From: Elusimicrobiota bacterium
Lineage (GTDB): Bacteria; Elusimicrobiota; Elusimicrobia; UBA1565; UBA9628
Assembly: GCA_016234805.1 (NCBI GenBank)
Contig: JACRNU010000054.1
Coordinates: 24,329 to 88,328, forward strand
Reading direction: 5' to 3'
Length of the DNA stretch: 64,000 nt
A program made the translations under genes and the position numbers. Position 1 is the first letter of the stretch. Every line of letters starts with the position of its first letter. Positions 8,305 through 17,473 of the stretch are shown here, piece by piece. The notes under the pieces are model-generated. The model was not told the origin of the DNA. It did not search any database and saw only the letters and a program-made list of their open reading frames with translations.

Positions 8305-10098
8305 GTGAAGAGACTCATCCCCTGGCTCGTCGCGGCCGCGACCTTCCTCACCTTCATCCCGGCCCTGGAAAGCCTGTTCGTGAACTGGGACGACACCGCC
8401 AATTTCCTGGAGAACCCGGACTTCAAGAACGCCGGGTTGGGTGAGCTGCGTTGGATGTTCTCCACCTTCCACCTGGCGCATTACCAGCCCGTGACCTGGC
8501 TGACTTGGGGGTTGGACAAGGCGCTTTGGGGCACGAACCCCTTCGGCTACCACCTGACGAACCTCGTCATCCATTGCGCCACGGCCGCGATCTTCTGCCT
8601 GCTATGCCGCCGCGTCCTCGACCGCGTCATGCCTGAGAGTTCGGATTTCCACCCGTACGCCGCGGCTTGGGCCGCCCTGCTTTTCGCGGTGCACCCATTG
8701 CGGGTCGAGGCCGTGGCATGGGCCACGGAGCGCAGGGAGCTCCTGTCCTCGTTCCTGTTCCTCTCGGCCGCGGCCCTGTATCTGAGGCCTCGCGGCCGAA
8801 GCCATGAGGCCCCGAAGCCTGGGCTGCATTGGGTCCTGGTCCTGGGGGCCTTGGCCATGCTGTCGAACGTCCGCACGGTCTCCCTGCCCCTGGCCCTGCT
8901 TCTGCTCGACTACTATCCCCTCGGCAGGCTCTCGGCAACGAGGCCGGGCGCTGACCCGGGAGTCTGGAAGGAAAAGGCCCCTTTCTTCCTGCTGGCTTTC
9001 GGCGTGGGACTGATCGGCCTCCTGGCCCAGGCCACCACTTCCACCCTCATCCCGGTGGCCAAGGCCGGGTTCGTCTCAAGAGCGGTCCAGTCTTGCTTCG
9101 GGGTGGGCTTCTACCTGTGGAAATCGCTGGCTCCGTTCGGGCTGTCGAATTGGTACGGCGATTCCTATCTCGAAGCGCGCGCTCCTGTGGCCGTGCTCGG
9201 AGCGGCGGCAGCGGTCTTCTTGACCGCCGGGCTCGCTTGGCGGGCGAAGACCGGCCGTGGGAAAGCCCTGCTCGCGTGCTGGCTCTGGTATCTGGTCACC
9301 CTTTTCCCCTCCCTGGGGATCGTCAAGTCCGGCCGTCAGATCGTGGCGGATCGTTACAGCTATCTTCCCTGCATCGCCTTCGCCCTGCTGGCCGCGGCCG
9401 GTCTGTGCAAGCTGAGGACCCTCTCAAGGGAAGGCCATGTCAGGCGCTGGGTCTTCATCGGGGTCGCGGCGGGCGCCGTGGCATGCCTGCCGCTGCTCTC
9501 CGGCCTGACCTGGCAACAGTGCCGCGTATGGAACGACTCGGTCAGCCTGTGGTCAAGGGCTTTTGCCATCGACCCTCGCTCCGTGTTCATCCGCACCAAC
9601 TTCGGCATCGCGCTTCTCCAGGCCAGGAGATTCCAGGAGGCGGTGAAGGCCTTCGAGACCATCACCGAGGACGCGGTGGATGGGATGGACCCGGATTCCG
9701 GCAGGTCGTTCTTCAGCTTCATCCGGTTCCTTTCTGCCATGGCGCACAACAACTGGGGCGTGGATCTCATGACCCGTGGCCGGCCCGTCGAGGCCGTGCC
9801 TCATTTTCAGAAGGCCCTGTTCTACAATCCGGAGTCGGAGAGAGGCCACTTCAGCCTGGGTCTGGCCCTGCTGCGCTCCGGAAGGCTCGATGAAGCCATC
9901 CCGAGGTTCGAGGCCGCGGTGAAGGCCTCTCCGGATCTTCTGGATGGCAGGCTCCATCTCGGCGAGGCATTGGCCCTCAAGGGGAGGAGGAAGGACGCGG
10001 AAGCCCAGTTTCGAGCTGTTCTGCGTCTGGCTCCGGACCCGATGAGAGCCGCCAAAGCCCGGGAAGGACTGCGGCGGCTCGGCCGGGTGGATCGATGA
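8305..10098 (+). CDS. TMTC-like (DUF1736 / GT-C fold) polytopic membrane protein with C-terminal TPR repeats; putative protein O-glycosyl/mannosyltransferase (paralog 1)
   Basis: About 11 TM segments with a DD motif in the first loop (FVNWDDTANFLENP) and a WMFSTFHLAHYQPV motif. The C-terminal third is TPR-like (YNPESERGHFSLGLALLRSGRLDEAI...). Confidence 0.6.
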   Translation: MKRLIPWLVAAATFLTFIPALESLFVNWDDTANFLENPDFKNAGLGELRWMFSTFHLAHYQPVTWLTWGLDKALWGTNPFGYHLTNLVIHCATAAIFCLLCRRVLDRVMPESSDFHPYAAAWAALLFAVHPLRVEAVAWATERRELLSSFLFLSAAALYLRPRGRSHEAPKPGLHWVLVLGALAMLSNVRTVSLPLALLLLDYYPLGRLSATRPGADPGVWKEKAPFFLLAFGVGLIGLLAQATTSTLIPVAKAGFVSRAVQSCFGVGFYLWKSLAPFGLSNWYGDSYLEARAPVAVLGAAAAVFLTAGLAWRAKTGRGKALLACWLWYLVTLFPSLGIVKSGRQIVADRYSYLPCIAFALLAAAGLCKLRTLSREGHVRRWVFIGVAAGAVACLPLLSGLTWQQCRVWNDSVSLWSRAFAIDPRSVFIRTNFGIALLQARRFQEAVKAFETITEDAVDGMDPDSGRSFFSFIRFLSAMAHNNWGVDLMTRGRPVEAVPHFQKALFYNPESERGHFSLGLALLRSGRLDEAIPRFEAAVKASPDLLDGRLHLGEALALKGRRKDAEAQFRAVLRLAPDPMRAAKAREGLRRLGRVDR

Positions 10099-11783
10099 AG
10101 CGTCCGTCCCGCGCGGCCTGGCGGCAAAGGACCACCGTCCCCGAAGGCAGCGGGCAGGGGCCCGCAGTCCCCGCAGGGGGCGCTGGACGTCCTCCTTTCG
10201 CCGGAGGGGGCTGGTGGGCCTGTCTGGTCCTGGGAACCGCGGTCGCGTCCGTCTTCAGCGGGGTCCTTTCGAACGGGTTCTTCGACTTCGACGATTACGA
10301 GTGCTTCGTGGACAACCCCATGGTCCACGGCCTGGGCTGGACGCAGCTCAAGTGGATGTTCACGTCCCTGCACCTGACGGCCTATCAGCCGCTGGCCTGG
10401 CTGGCGGGCGCCCTGCTCTGGACGATCGCGGGCCCGCTGCCCGGCCCATTCCATCTGCTGAGCCTCGTCCTGCACATCGCCAACGCGATCCTGCTCTGCG
10501 TCCTGCTGTCCCGGATCCTGGAGCGGGCCGCGCCCTCGACCGAGGTCCGGGAGAGGCTGCTCGCGGCCGGAGCGGCCTCCCTCCTCTGGTCCATCCACCC
10601 CACGAAAGCCGCGGCCGTGGCCTGGGCCACCAAGGTCTCGGACCTGATGGCGGCGTTCTTCTTCCTCTGCGCATGTCTCTCCTACCTGGGGCGCGGTCAA
10701 GGCCGGAGGCCGAGCGCCCCGACCGCCTCCGAGGATGGCGTTGGCTGGTCGGGGCGCGGGCAGGAACAGGGACGGGCGTGGCGCCCCGGCATCCGGGCTT
10801 CGGCCTGGCTGTTCCTGGCCTCGGGTCTGTCGCATTGGACCGGCATCGCCTTTCCGCTGGTCCTGATCCTCCTGGATTTCTATCCGCTCAAGAGGCTCGG
10901 GGCCGATCCCGTGGGATGGTTCAAGGGGCCTTCGGCCAAGGTGTGGTTCGAGAAATGGCCTTTCCTCGCCATCGCCATAGGCCTCGCTGTCATCAACGGC
11001 CATGGCAAGGCTCAAGTCAAGGGCATCGAGCTTCTCTACGGCCTGACCCATCCCATGGAAGCGTCCCTGGCCGCGGCTTTCTATCTCCGAAAGGTCCTGT
11101 TCCCGACGGATCTCGCGGTCCTCTATGCCATCAACGGCCCCGCAAGCTCCGCGGGCCTCAATCCTGGAGCCGCGGCGCTCCTCATCCTCGTCGCGACCCT
11201 CTATGCCGCCTCGGTCTGGCGGTCCGCTCCCCTGGCCCTCGGAGGCTGGCTGTTCTGGCTCGCAGGGCTTCTTCCATCCTTCGCCTCTTCAGCCGAGGGT
11301 ATCATCTACGGACAGGATATCTATGCCTATATACCATCCATGGGCTTGGCGCTCCTGCTCGCCTGGGCCTTGTCGTCTGTCATGGGGTTCGAAGGGCCGG
11401 CCCCCTCCGGGGACCTGCCGCCCTTGCGGCAGGGCCCGCTGTCCCGGATGAAGAGGCTCCTGCTGCTCACCATGGCGCTGGGCTCGACGGCCGCTGCCTC
11501 GGCGATCTTCGTTCCGATGAGCATGCGGCAGACCGAGCTCTGGCGCGAGCCCGGAGCTGTGTGGAGGCAGACCCTTGCCGCGGACCCCGACCTGTGGATC
11601 GCGCACTACAACCTTGCCGCCCTGCTCGTGCGGCAGGGCCGCTGGGACGAGTCCAGGCCGCACTTCCAGGAGGCGCTGCGTCTGAGGCCCGGCGCAGAGG
11701 GATGGAAGGAAGACATCTCGGCCGCGCTTCGCCAAATGCCGTCTTCCTCGCCGGGGCGGAAACCGGGCGTCCCGGCGAAATGA
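10095..11783 (+). CDS. TMTC-like GT-C/TPR membrane protein (paralog 2)
   Basis: Architecture and motifs are shared with 8305-10098 (FDFDDYECFVDNP, WMFTSLHLTAYQPLAW). It carries the 57-bp repeat family near both its 5' and 3' ends, so the true start may be internal or non-ATG. Confidence 0.55.
   Translation: MKRPSRAAWRQRTTVPEGSGQGPAVPAGGAGRPPFAGGGWWACLVLGTAVASVFSGVLSNGFFDFDDYECFVDNPMVHGLGWTQLKWMFTSLHLTAYQPLAWLAGALLWTIAGPLPGPFHLLSLVLHIANAILLCVLLSRILERAAPSTEVRERLLAAGAASLLWSIHPTKAAAVAWATKVSDLMAAFFFLCACLSYLGRGQGRRPSAPTASEDGVGWSGRGQEQGRAWRPGIRASAWLFLASGLSHWTGIAFPLVLILLDFYPLKRLGADPVGWFKGPSAKVWFEKWPFLAIAIGLAVINGHGKAQVKGIELLYGLTHPMEASLAAAFYLRKVLFPTDLAVLYAINGPASSAGLNPGAAALLILVATLYAASVWRSAPLALGGWLFWLAGLLPSFASSAEGIIYGQDIYAYIPSMGLALLLAWALSSVMGFEGPAPSGDLPPLRQGPLSRMKRLLLLTMALGSTAAASAIFVPMSMRQTELWREPGAVWRQTLAADPDLWIAHYNLAALLVRQGRWDESRPHFQEALRLRPGAEGWKEDISAALRQMPSSSPGRKPGVPAK
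10152..10214. repeat. 57-bp structured repeat family, degenerate copy A (inside the 5' end of the TMTC-like gene)
   Basis: GTCCCCGCAGGGGGCGCTGGACGTCCTCCTTTCGCCGGAGGGGGCTGG aligns to the canonical unit CCTGGCGCAAGGGCGCCAGGTCCCCGGAGGGCAGATGTCCTCCGCTCCCGGAGGGGGC. Confidence 0.6.
11395..11443. repeat. 57-bp repeat family, shortened copy B (reverse orientation, inside the 3' end of the TMTC-like gene)
   Basis: The reverse complement reads CCTGCCGCAAGGGCGGCAGGTCCCCGGAGGGGGCC. It is translated in frame as PSGDLPPLRQGP. Confidence 0.65.
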
Positions 11784-11789
11784 TATAAT
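11781..11789 (+). promoter_or_regulatory. Extended -10 element TGATATAAT overlapping the stop of the TMTC-like gene, upstream of the GT9 gene
   Basis: Perfect TGnTATAAT, the second of three identical copies in the window. Confidence 0.4.
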
Positions 11790-11835
11790 CCCCTCCTCCG
11801 CTCCCGCCGCGGATGCCGCGACGGTCGTCGTCGAC

Positions 11836-13365
11836 ATGCCCAATAAGATCCTGGTCATCCGGCTCTCCTCGCTGGGGGATGTGGTGCTCACCGCTCCCGT
11901 GTTCCGCAGCCTCAAGGCGGCTTGGCCGGACTGCTCCATCTCCGTCCTGGTCAAGCCCCAGTTCGCTGGCGTGCTCAAAGGCAATCCGCACCTCAGCGAG
12001 ATCATCCCGTTCCGCGGCCTGAGGGACGCGGTCTCGACCATACGGTCGCGCGGGTTCACCCATCTCCTGGACCTCCACGCTACGACGCGGTCCTTCCTCA
12101 TCCGTTCCATGTGCGGCGTGCCCGAGGTCTCGGTATATAAGAAGGACGCGCTGGCACGGACGCTCTATGTCAGCTTCGGCTTGCGCTCGCCCGTGCTGGA
12201 GAAGCACACCATCGAGCGCTACCTCGAGGCTCTGTCGCCTTGGGGAGTGCGGTCGAGCGACCTCTCCCTCTCGTTCGGGGACTATGGCGAAGCGGGCCCT
12301 GTCGGGGAGACGGGGACCGAGCCAGGGGCGCGCCCGGCCAGCATCCTCGTCATCCAGACCGCTTTCCTCGGGGACTGCCTCCTGACCCTGCCTCTCCTGC
12401 GCGAGCTCAAGGCCCTCTCCCCCTCCTCCCGCGTCACGGTCCTGACCACGGAGCGCACGGAGGAGGTCTTCTCCGGGAGCGGTTGGGTCGACGAGACCAT
12501 CGTGGACCGCAAGCGGGGCGAGCACTCCGGCCTGTTCGGGACCCTGGTCATGGCGCGCAGGCTCCGTTCCAGGGGATTCGACTGCGCCGTGATACCGCAC
12601 CGCTCCTTCCGCAGCGCCTTCCTGGCGTGGCGCTCCGGGATCCGCGAGCGCATCGGCTTCTCCACCAGCGCGGGAAGCTTCCTCCTCACGCGGCAGGTCC
12701 CGTTCGCCTGGCACATGCACGACTTGGAGCGCAATCTCGCGCTCCTGCTGCCCCTGAAGGCCGGATTGAAGCTGCGGCCTGACGAGTCCCGCTACCTCGA
12801 GCCGGATATCGGCGGAGCCGCGGCAGCGCGGCTTCAGGCCGCCGGGATCGGCCCCCTTGACCGCGTTGTGGCCGTGCATCCCGGGTCGACCTGGCCTACC
12901 AAGAAGTGGTTCGAGCATCGTTTCCGCGACCTCTGCGGCCGCCTGGTGAAAGACGGCTTCAAGGTGGTCATCGTGGGCGGCGCGGCTGACAGGGACTTGT
13001 GCGCCAGGCTCGCTTCAGGCTCAGGGTCCGCGGACTTCTCCGGGGGCGCGCTTTCCGAGCTCAAGAGCCTGATGGGCAGGCTCTCCCTCTTCGTGACCAA
13101 TGACTCCGGCCCCATGCACGTTTCCGCCGCGTCCGGGGTGCCCACCCTGGCGATCTTCGGCCCCACCACGCGTGAGTTGGGTTTCTTCCCCTACGGTCCC
13201 GGCCATCGGGTCCTGGAGGCGGACCTCGCCTGCCGCCCCTGCGCCCTGCACGGCGGCAGGTCGTGTCCCGAGGGCCACTTCCTGTGCATGGGCCTCATCA
13301 CCACGGACCTCGCCCACCGCGCCGCCCGCGAGATGCTAGCGGCTAAGGAGCCGCTGTCCCTGTAG
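11836..13365 (+). CDS. Tandem-domain glycosyltransferase family 9 (two ADP-heptose:LPS heptosyltransferase-like modules in one polypeptide)
   Basis: Two GT9 N-terminal signatures are present (ILVIRLSSLGDVVLTAPVFRSLK and ILVIQTAFLGDCLLTLPLLRELK). A single C-terminal donor-binding motif follows (FVTNDSGPMHVSAASGVPTLAIFGPTT). Confidence 0.75.
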   Translation: MPNKILVIRLSSLGDVVLTAPVFRSLKAAWPDCSISVLVKPQFAGVLKGNPHLSEIIPFRGLRDAVSTIRSRGFTHLLDLHATTRSFLIRSMCGVPEVSVYKKDALARTLYVSFGLRSPVLEKHTIERYLEALSPWGVRSSDLSLSFGDYGEAGPVGETGTEPGARPASILVIQTAFLGDCLLTLPLLRELKALSPSSRVTVLTTERTEEVFSGSGWVDETIVDRKRGEHSGLFGTLVMARRLRSRGFDCAVIPHRSFRSAFLAWRSGIRERIGFSTSAGSFLLTRQVPFAWHMHDLERNLALLLPLKAGLKLRPDESRYLEPDIGGAAAARLQAAGIGPLDRVVAVHPGSTWPTKKWFEHRFRDLCGRLVKDGFKVVIVGGAADRDLCARLASGSGSADFSGGALSELKSLMGRLSLFVTNDSGPMHVSAASGVPTLAIFGPTTRELGFFPYGPGHRVLEADLACRPCALHGGRSCPEGHFLCMGLITTDLAHRAAREMLAAKEPLSL

Positions 13366-13374
13366 GCGAGGCCG

Positions 13375-13455
13375 TTCTCCTCCCGCCGGAGTGGGGCTGG
13401 GTGCAAAGGGGTCCCGCCCCTGAAGCCGAGGTAGGCTTCCTCCCTCCGGAGGGTT
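13375..13455. repeat. 57-bp repeat family, degenerate copy C (~1.3 units) in a convergent intergenic region
   Basis: CTCCCGCCGGAGTGGGG then GGTGCAAAGGGGTCCCGCCCCTGAAGCCGAGGTAGGCTTCCTCCCTCCGGAGGG aligns to the canonical unit. Confidence 0.5.
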
Positions 13456-13472
13456 TGGCGGGGCTGTTGCCA

Positions 13473-13514
13473 AGATATCCACAAACCTATCTTAAGATAT
13501 GTTTGTGGATATCT
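13473..13514. terminator. AT-rich perfect palindrome AGATATCCACAAAC-(CTATCTTAAGATAT)-GTTTGTGGATATCT between convergent genes; candidate bidirectional terminator or protein-binding site
   Basis: 14-bp perfect inverted arms with a spacer that is itself palindromic (ATCTTAAGAT). Local GC is far below the window average. Confidence 0.5.
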
Positions 13515-13562
13515 CGGGGGCCCGTGAAAATTTCTGGTGAAGGACTGCCTGCCGCCGCGGGG

Positions 13563-15221
13563 TTACTTCGCGCCTTTCACCGGGGCCGCGCAGCGTGAGT
13601 CCAGGTAGACCTTGCGCAGGAAGACCCCGAGGAAGAAGGACACGAGCGCGGAGCTGATGAAGTCCAGGTCGCAGGTATGGAAGGTCAGGGTGAACATGAG
13701 TCCCATGACGACCGCGGTCGCGATGTTCACCTTTCGCAGGAAGTCCCTGCCCAGGGCCGCGAAGTGCTCGGGCCCGAGCATGTACTCCGTCACATCCCCG
13801 GTGGCCATGGTCTCGCGTTCCTCGGGCAGCATGTGTGAGCCCATGAAGCTCAGGAAGTAGGCCGCGGTGCCGATGAGGATGAGCATGGCGATGGACATCT
13901 CGGCTCCGGACGCGGCCGGGATGCCGAATATGCCCTGCTGCAGGCTGCGCATGAACCCGTATTCGAGCCCGTGGGTGTAGAGCCAGGAGCCCGAGGAGTA
14001 GGAGAAGGAGTAGGCCAGGTTCGCCACGGACATGAAGCCCGCGAACAGGGCCCCGGCCGCCTTGGCGGGGATGACCGCGCCCACGAGGCTGAAGGTGCTC
14101 ATGCGGGTGAACCCGAGGAACACGGACAGGACGAAGCCGTAGAGGCACATGAATCCGAGCCGCACCTGAAGGGACGATAGGAAAGGCATAGCCGCGTTCA
14201 TGGCTCCGCAGATCTGGGTGAACCAGGGCTCGATCGTGAGGTACTGGGTGAGGTTGGCAAGCATGCTGAGCACGATCACGATCTGGAAGACGCGCTTCAA
14301 GCCCCACCGGTCCTGCCAGCGCGTGCCGTATTTAGCGAAGAGGAGGACGCCGACGAAGTAGCCCGCGTTGCTGAACCCGTCCGAGATGCCGATCTGGGTC
14401 TGGGTGAACTTGAGGGTCTCGATCAAGTAGTTCGTCCAGAGCGCGCCCATGGCGGGCTGGAAGTGGAACATGAAATAGAAGACGATGATCCACATGACCG
14501 GCCCGGTGTTGAGGCCGTTCCAGAAGTTGAGGACCGACTCCTTGAGAGGGATGGTGGCGGCCTTATCCTTGGGCAGGAAGAGGACCACGACCAGGACCAT
14601 GAGAGGCACTACCCCCAGGCCGACCATGAGCCAGTTGAAGGGCGCGTGGTCCGCGATCCACCCGCCTGAGACGGCTGAGAAGATGCCTGTCCCGTAGATG
14701 GCGGCCCAGCAGATGGCCTGGTTCAAGCCCACGGTGGTGGACTTGGACTGCCCGGATTCCTTGGCTTCCGAGTCCCCCTCGACCACGGTGGCCCGATCCA
14801 CGGACACGTCGGTCGCTGCCAGGATCACGGACAGGGCGAACATGTACCAGAAGAACACCATCACGCTGTGGTCCACCAGGGGGGTCAGCAGGAAGAAGGC
14901 GGTCGAGGCCGCGAGCAGGAAGGTGAGGATGACCTTGGTCTTGCCGTAGGCGTCGATGAGGAAGCCCAGGATGGGCTTGAAGCTCCATGCCAGGTAGGAC
15001 TGGGAGAAGAGGTTCTGGGTCGCGGCCTCGGTGAGCTTGTAGTCCACCGTGAAGTGCTTGAAGAATGGCTGGTAGGTGATGCCCTGGAACGGGTTGGCGA
15101 TGCCCTGCAGGACGTACTCGAGGGCGAAGACCACTTTCATGGGGTTCATGCCCAGGAAGGTGCGTCCGCTGTCCGCGGGCTTTTCCGCCTGCGGTTCCTT
15201 GACCGGCGCGCCCTGGTTCAT
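13563..15221 (-). CDS. MFS-type transporter (BT1 / folate-biopterin-transporter-like)
   Basis: 552 aa with about 12 TM segments. The family call rests on overall architecture and weak motif resemblance only. Confidence 0.45.
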   Translation of the reverse strand: MNQGAPVKEPQAEKPADSGRTFLGMNPMKVVFALEYVLQGIANPFQGITYQPFFKHFTVDYKLTEAATQNLFSQSYLAWSFKPILGFLIDAYGKTKVILTFLLAASTAFFLLTPLVDHSVMVFFWYMFALSVILAATDVSVDRATVVEGDSEAKESGQSKSTTVGLNQAICWAAIYGTGIFSAVSGGWIADHAPFNWLMVGLGVVPLMVLVVVLFLPKDKAATIPLKESVLNFWNGLNTGPVMWIIVFYFMFHFQPAMGALWTNYLIETLKFTQTQIGISDGFSNAGYFVGVLLFAKYGTRWQDRWGLKRVFQIVIVLSMLANLTQYLTIEPWFTQICGAMNAAMPFLSSLQVRLGFMCLYGFVLSVFLGFTRMSTFSLVGAVIPAKAAGALFAGFMSVANLAYSFSYSSGSWLYTHGLEYGFMRSLQQGIFGIPAASGAEMSIAMLILIGTAAYFLSFMGSHMLPEERETMATGDVTEYMLGPEHFAALGRDFLRKVNIATAVVMGLMFTLTFHTCDLDFISSALVSFFLGVFLRKVYLDSRCAAPVKGAK

Positions 15222-15293
15222 GTTTCTCCCTGGTCGAAAAAGCTATGGAGAAGCTACCAAATCGTGACAGTGAAGGATATATCTTCCGGTAAA

Positions 15294-15302
15294 TGATAGA
15301 AT
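15294..15302 (+). promoter_or_regulatory. Extended -10-like element TGATAGAAT about 10 nt upstream of the GT4 ATG (15313)
   Basis: TGnTAnAAT with one mismatch to TATAAT, in the divergent intergenic region. It would give a near-leaderless transcript. Confidence 0.35.
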
Positions 15303-15312
15303 CCAAGGGTTG

Positions 15313-16362
15313 ATGCGAATCCTTCACATCGAGGACGAGGTTTGGGATTCCGGGATCGCCCATTATGCCCTCACCCTGGCCGGGGCCTTGAAGTCCAGAG
15401 GGCATGAGGTCCTTTTCTGGGGCAGACCTGGGAGCGTGCCCTGCCGCAAGGCCCGGGAACTGGGCCTGGAAGTCTTCGAGGTCTCCAAGCCGTGGTTGAG
15501 CCTGCCCCGGCTCAGGGCCGCGGTCCGGGAACTCGGGGTGGAGGTCATCAACAGCCACACAGGCTCCGCCCATTCCCTGGCTGCCGCTGCTGCCGCTGGG
15601 CTCAAGGTGCCTGTGGTTCGCACTCGCGGCGATGCCCGGCCGCCTTCCGGCAACGCGTTGGCCAGGGCCTTGGCCAAGCGCACCGCGGCCTTCATCGCCG
15701 CGAACTCCGTCATCAAGGCCCAGCTCGAGCAGGCTTATCCCGGCTCCAGGGTCGAGGTCGTTTTCCAGGGACTGGCATCTTCCGAGCTTTCTCCCCTGCC
15801 CGAAGACCGGTCCGTGGGCATGGTGGGGAGGCTCGATCCGGTGAAGGGGCATGAGACGCTCATCAACGCCGCGCTCAGGGTCTTGGCCGAATTCCCCGCC
15901 ACGCGGTTCCGGGCTGCGGGAGCCGGCACGGCCGAGCGGGACGTGCTCCTGAGGGAAACGGTGAAGAAGGCCGGTCTCGAGGGCACGGTCGAGTTCCTCG
16001 GCTTCGTGCCGTCGGTGGATGGGTTCATCAAAGGCTGCCGGATCGGGGTCGTGGCCTCGCTCGGCTCCGAGGCGGTCTCCCGCGCCGCGCTCGAGTGGAT
16101 GTCCCATGGCCGGCCCCTGGTCGCGACCAGGGTGGGCTGTCTGCCGGACTTGGTGGAAGATGGGGTCACGGGCATCCTCGTTCCTCCCGGGGACTCCGGC
16201 GCCCTGGCCGACGCCGTGACGCTCCTGTTCCGTGAGCCGGGCCGCGCCGCTGCCATGGGGGCCAAGGCGAGAGTGCGTTTCGAGTCCCGCTTCTGCCTGG
16301 ACCGGTTCGCTGACGACACTGAAAGGATCTATCGTGACCTCCTGCACCGTCTACCATCTTGA
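15313..16362 (+). CDS. Glycosyltransferase family 4 (RfaG/WaaG-like)
   Basis: GT4 N-terminal sugar-binding motifs (ILHIEDEVWDSGIAHYALTLAGAL) and C-terminal motifs (E...GRPLVATRVGCLPDLVEDGVTGILVPPGDS). The ATG at 15313 is preferred over the TTG at 15310. Confidence 0.8.
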   Translation: MRILHIEDEVWDSGIAHYALTLAGALKSRGHEVLFWGRPGSVPCRKARELGLEVFEVSKPWLSLPRLRAAVRELGVEVINSHTGSAHSLAAAAAAGLKVPVVRTRGDARPPSGNALARALAKRTAAFIAANSVIKAQLEQAYPGSRVEVVFQGLASSELSPLPEDRSVGMVGRLDPVKGHETLINAALRVLAEFPATRFRAAGAGTAERDVLLRETVKKAGLEGTVEFLGFVPSVDGFIKGCRIGVVASLGSEAVSRAALEWMSHGRPLVATRVGCLPDLVEDGVTGILVPPGDSGALADAVTLLFREPGRAAAMGAKARVRFESRFCLDRFADDTERIYRDLLHRLPS

Positions 16363-17473
16363 CGGCGAGCGCACGCTCCGCGGCGGGGAGCGCCAGCTCC
16401 TCTACCTGGCCGCGACCCTCGACCGCCGCGGCCACCGCGACATCGTGGTCTGCAGGAAGGGCTCGCTCCTGGATGCCGAGGCCGGCCGGGTGGGCTTGGA
16501 GACCGCCCACCTGCCCTTCCTCACGGAATGGGACCCCTTGAGCGCGATGATGCTGCGCCTGATGGTCCGGGGCTCCCGGACCCCGGTCGTTCACAGCCAC
16601 ACGGCTCACACCGCGGCTCTGGCGGCCATTGCTTGCGGCAAGGCCGTGCCCAGGGTCGCTCATCGTCGGGTCGATTTCGATCTCAACGGGACGGCGAGCC
16701 GCTCCATCAAGTATGACCGGGCCTGCGCGGTGGTGGCGGTCTCGCAAGCCATCAAGGGCATCCTCGTGCGGAACGGCATGGACTCCGGCCGCGTCCGCGT
16801 GGTGCCGGACGCGGTGCCCGTAGGCGCGCAGGAGTGCGCCTGGGCGGGCCTGGCAGAGGGCGCCCTGTCCCCGTCCACGCCCGAGTCCCGCGCCCGGGAG
16901 AGGGAGCGGGTCGCCGCCAGATTCGGCGTCGAGCCGGACCTTCCCTGGGTCGGCAACCTCGCGGCCCTGGTACCGCACAAGGACCACGACACCCTGGTCG
17001 CCGCTGCCTTCATCGCCGCCAGGAAGATGCCGGCCCTGCGATTCCTCATCGCCGGAGACGGCCCCCTGCACGGATCCCTCACGGAGCAGATCACACGCAT
17101 GGGCCTTGCGTCCAAGGTGCGCCTCTTGGGCCGGGTGGATGACGGCCCCTCGTTCCTGAGGTCCCTCGACGTGCTCGCGCATTCCTCATGGGGAGAGGGC
17201 ATGGGCAGCGTCCTCCTCGAAGCCGCGATGTGCAGGATCCCCGTGGCCGCGACCACGGCCGGCGGCATCCCGGAGGTGGTGGAGGACGGCAAGACGGGCA
17301 TCCTCGTGCCGCCGAGGGACCCGGAGGCCTTGGCTTGCGCGATCCTCAGGCTCGTGGAGGACCGGGGACTGGCCTCGGCCATGGCCACCGCGGCCTGCTC
17401 CCGCGCCGCCGGGTTCTCCTTGTCCCGCATGGCCGAGCAGATGGAAGAGATCTATGGCGAGATCACCCGATAG
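16334..17473 (+). CDS. Glycosyltransferase family 4 (second copy)
   Basis: Motifs GERQLLYLAATLDRRGHRDIVV and EGMGSVLLEAAMCRIPVAATTAGGIPEVVEDGKTGILVPPRD. The start was placed at the GTG at 16334 because the listed ORF overlaps the preceding gene. Confidence 0.75.
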   Translation: MTSCTVYHLDGERTLRGGERQLLYLAATLDRRGHRDIVVCRKGSLLDAEAGRVGLETAHLPFLTEWDPLSAMMLRLMVRGSRTPVVHSHTAHTAALAAIACGKAVPRVAHRRVDFDLNGTASRSIKYDRACAVVAVSQAIKGILVRNGMDSGRVRVVPDAVPVGAQECAWAGLAEGALSPSTPESRARERERVAARFGVEPDLPWVGNLAALVPHKDHDTLVAAAFIAARKMPALRFLIAGDGPLHGSLTEQITRMGLASKVRLLGRVDDGPSFLRSLDVLAHSSWGEGMGSVLLEAAMCRIPVAATTAGGIPEVVEDGKTGILVPPRDPEALACAILRLVEDRGLASAMATAACSRAAGFSLSRMAEQMEEIYGEITR

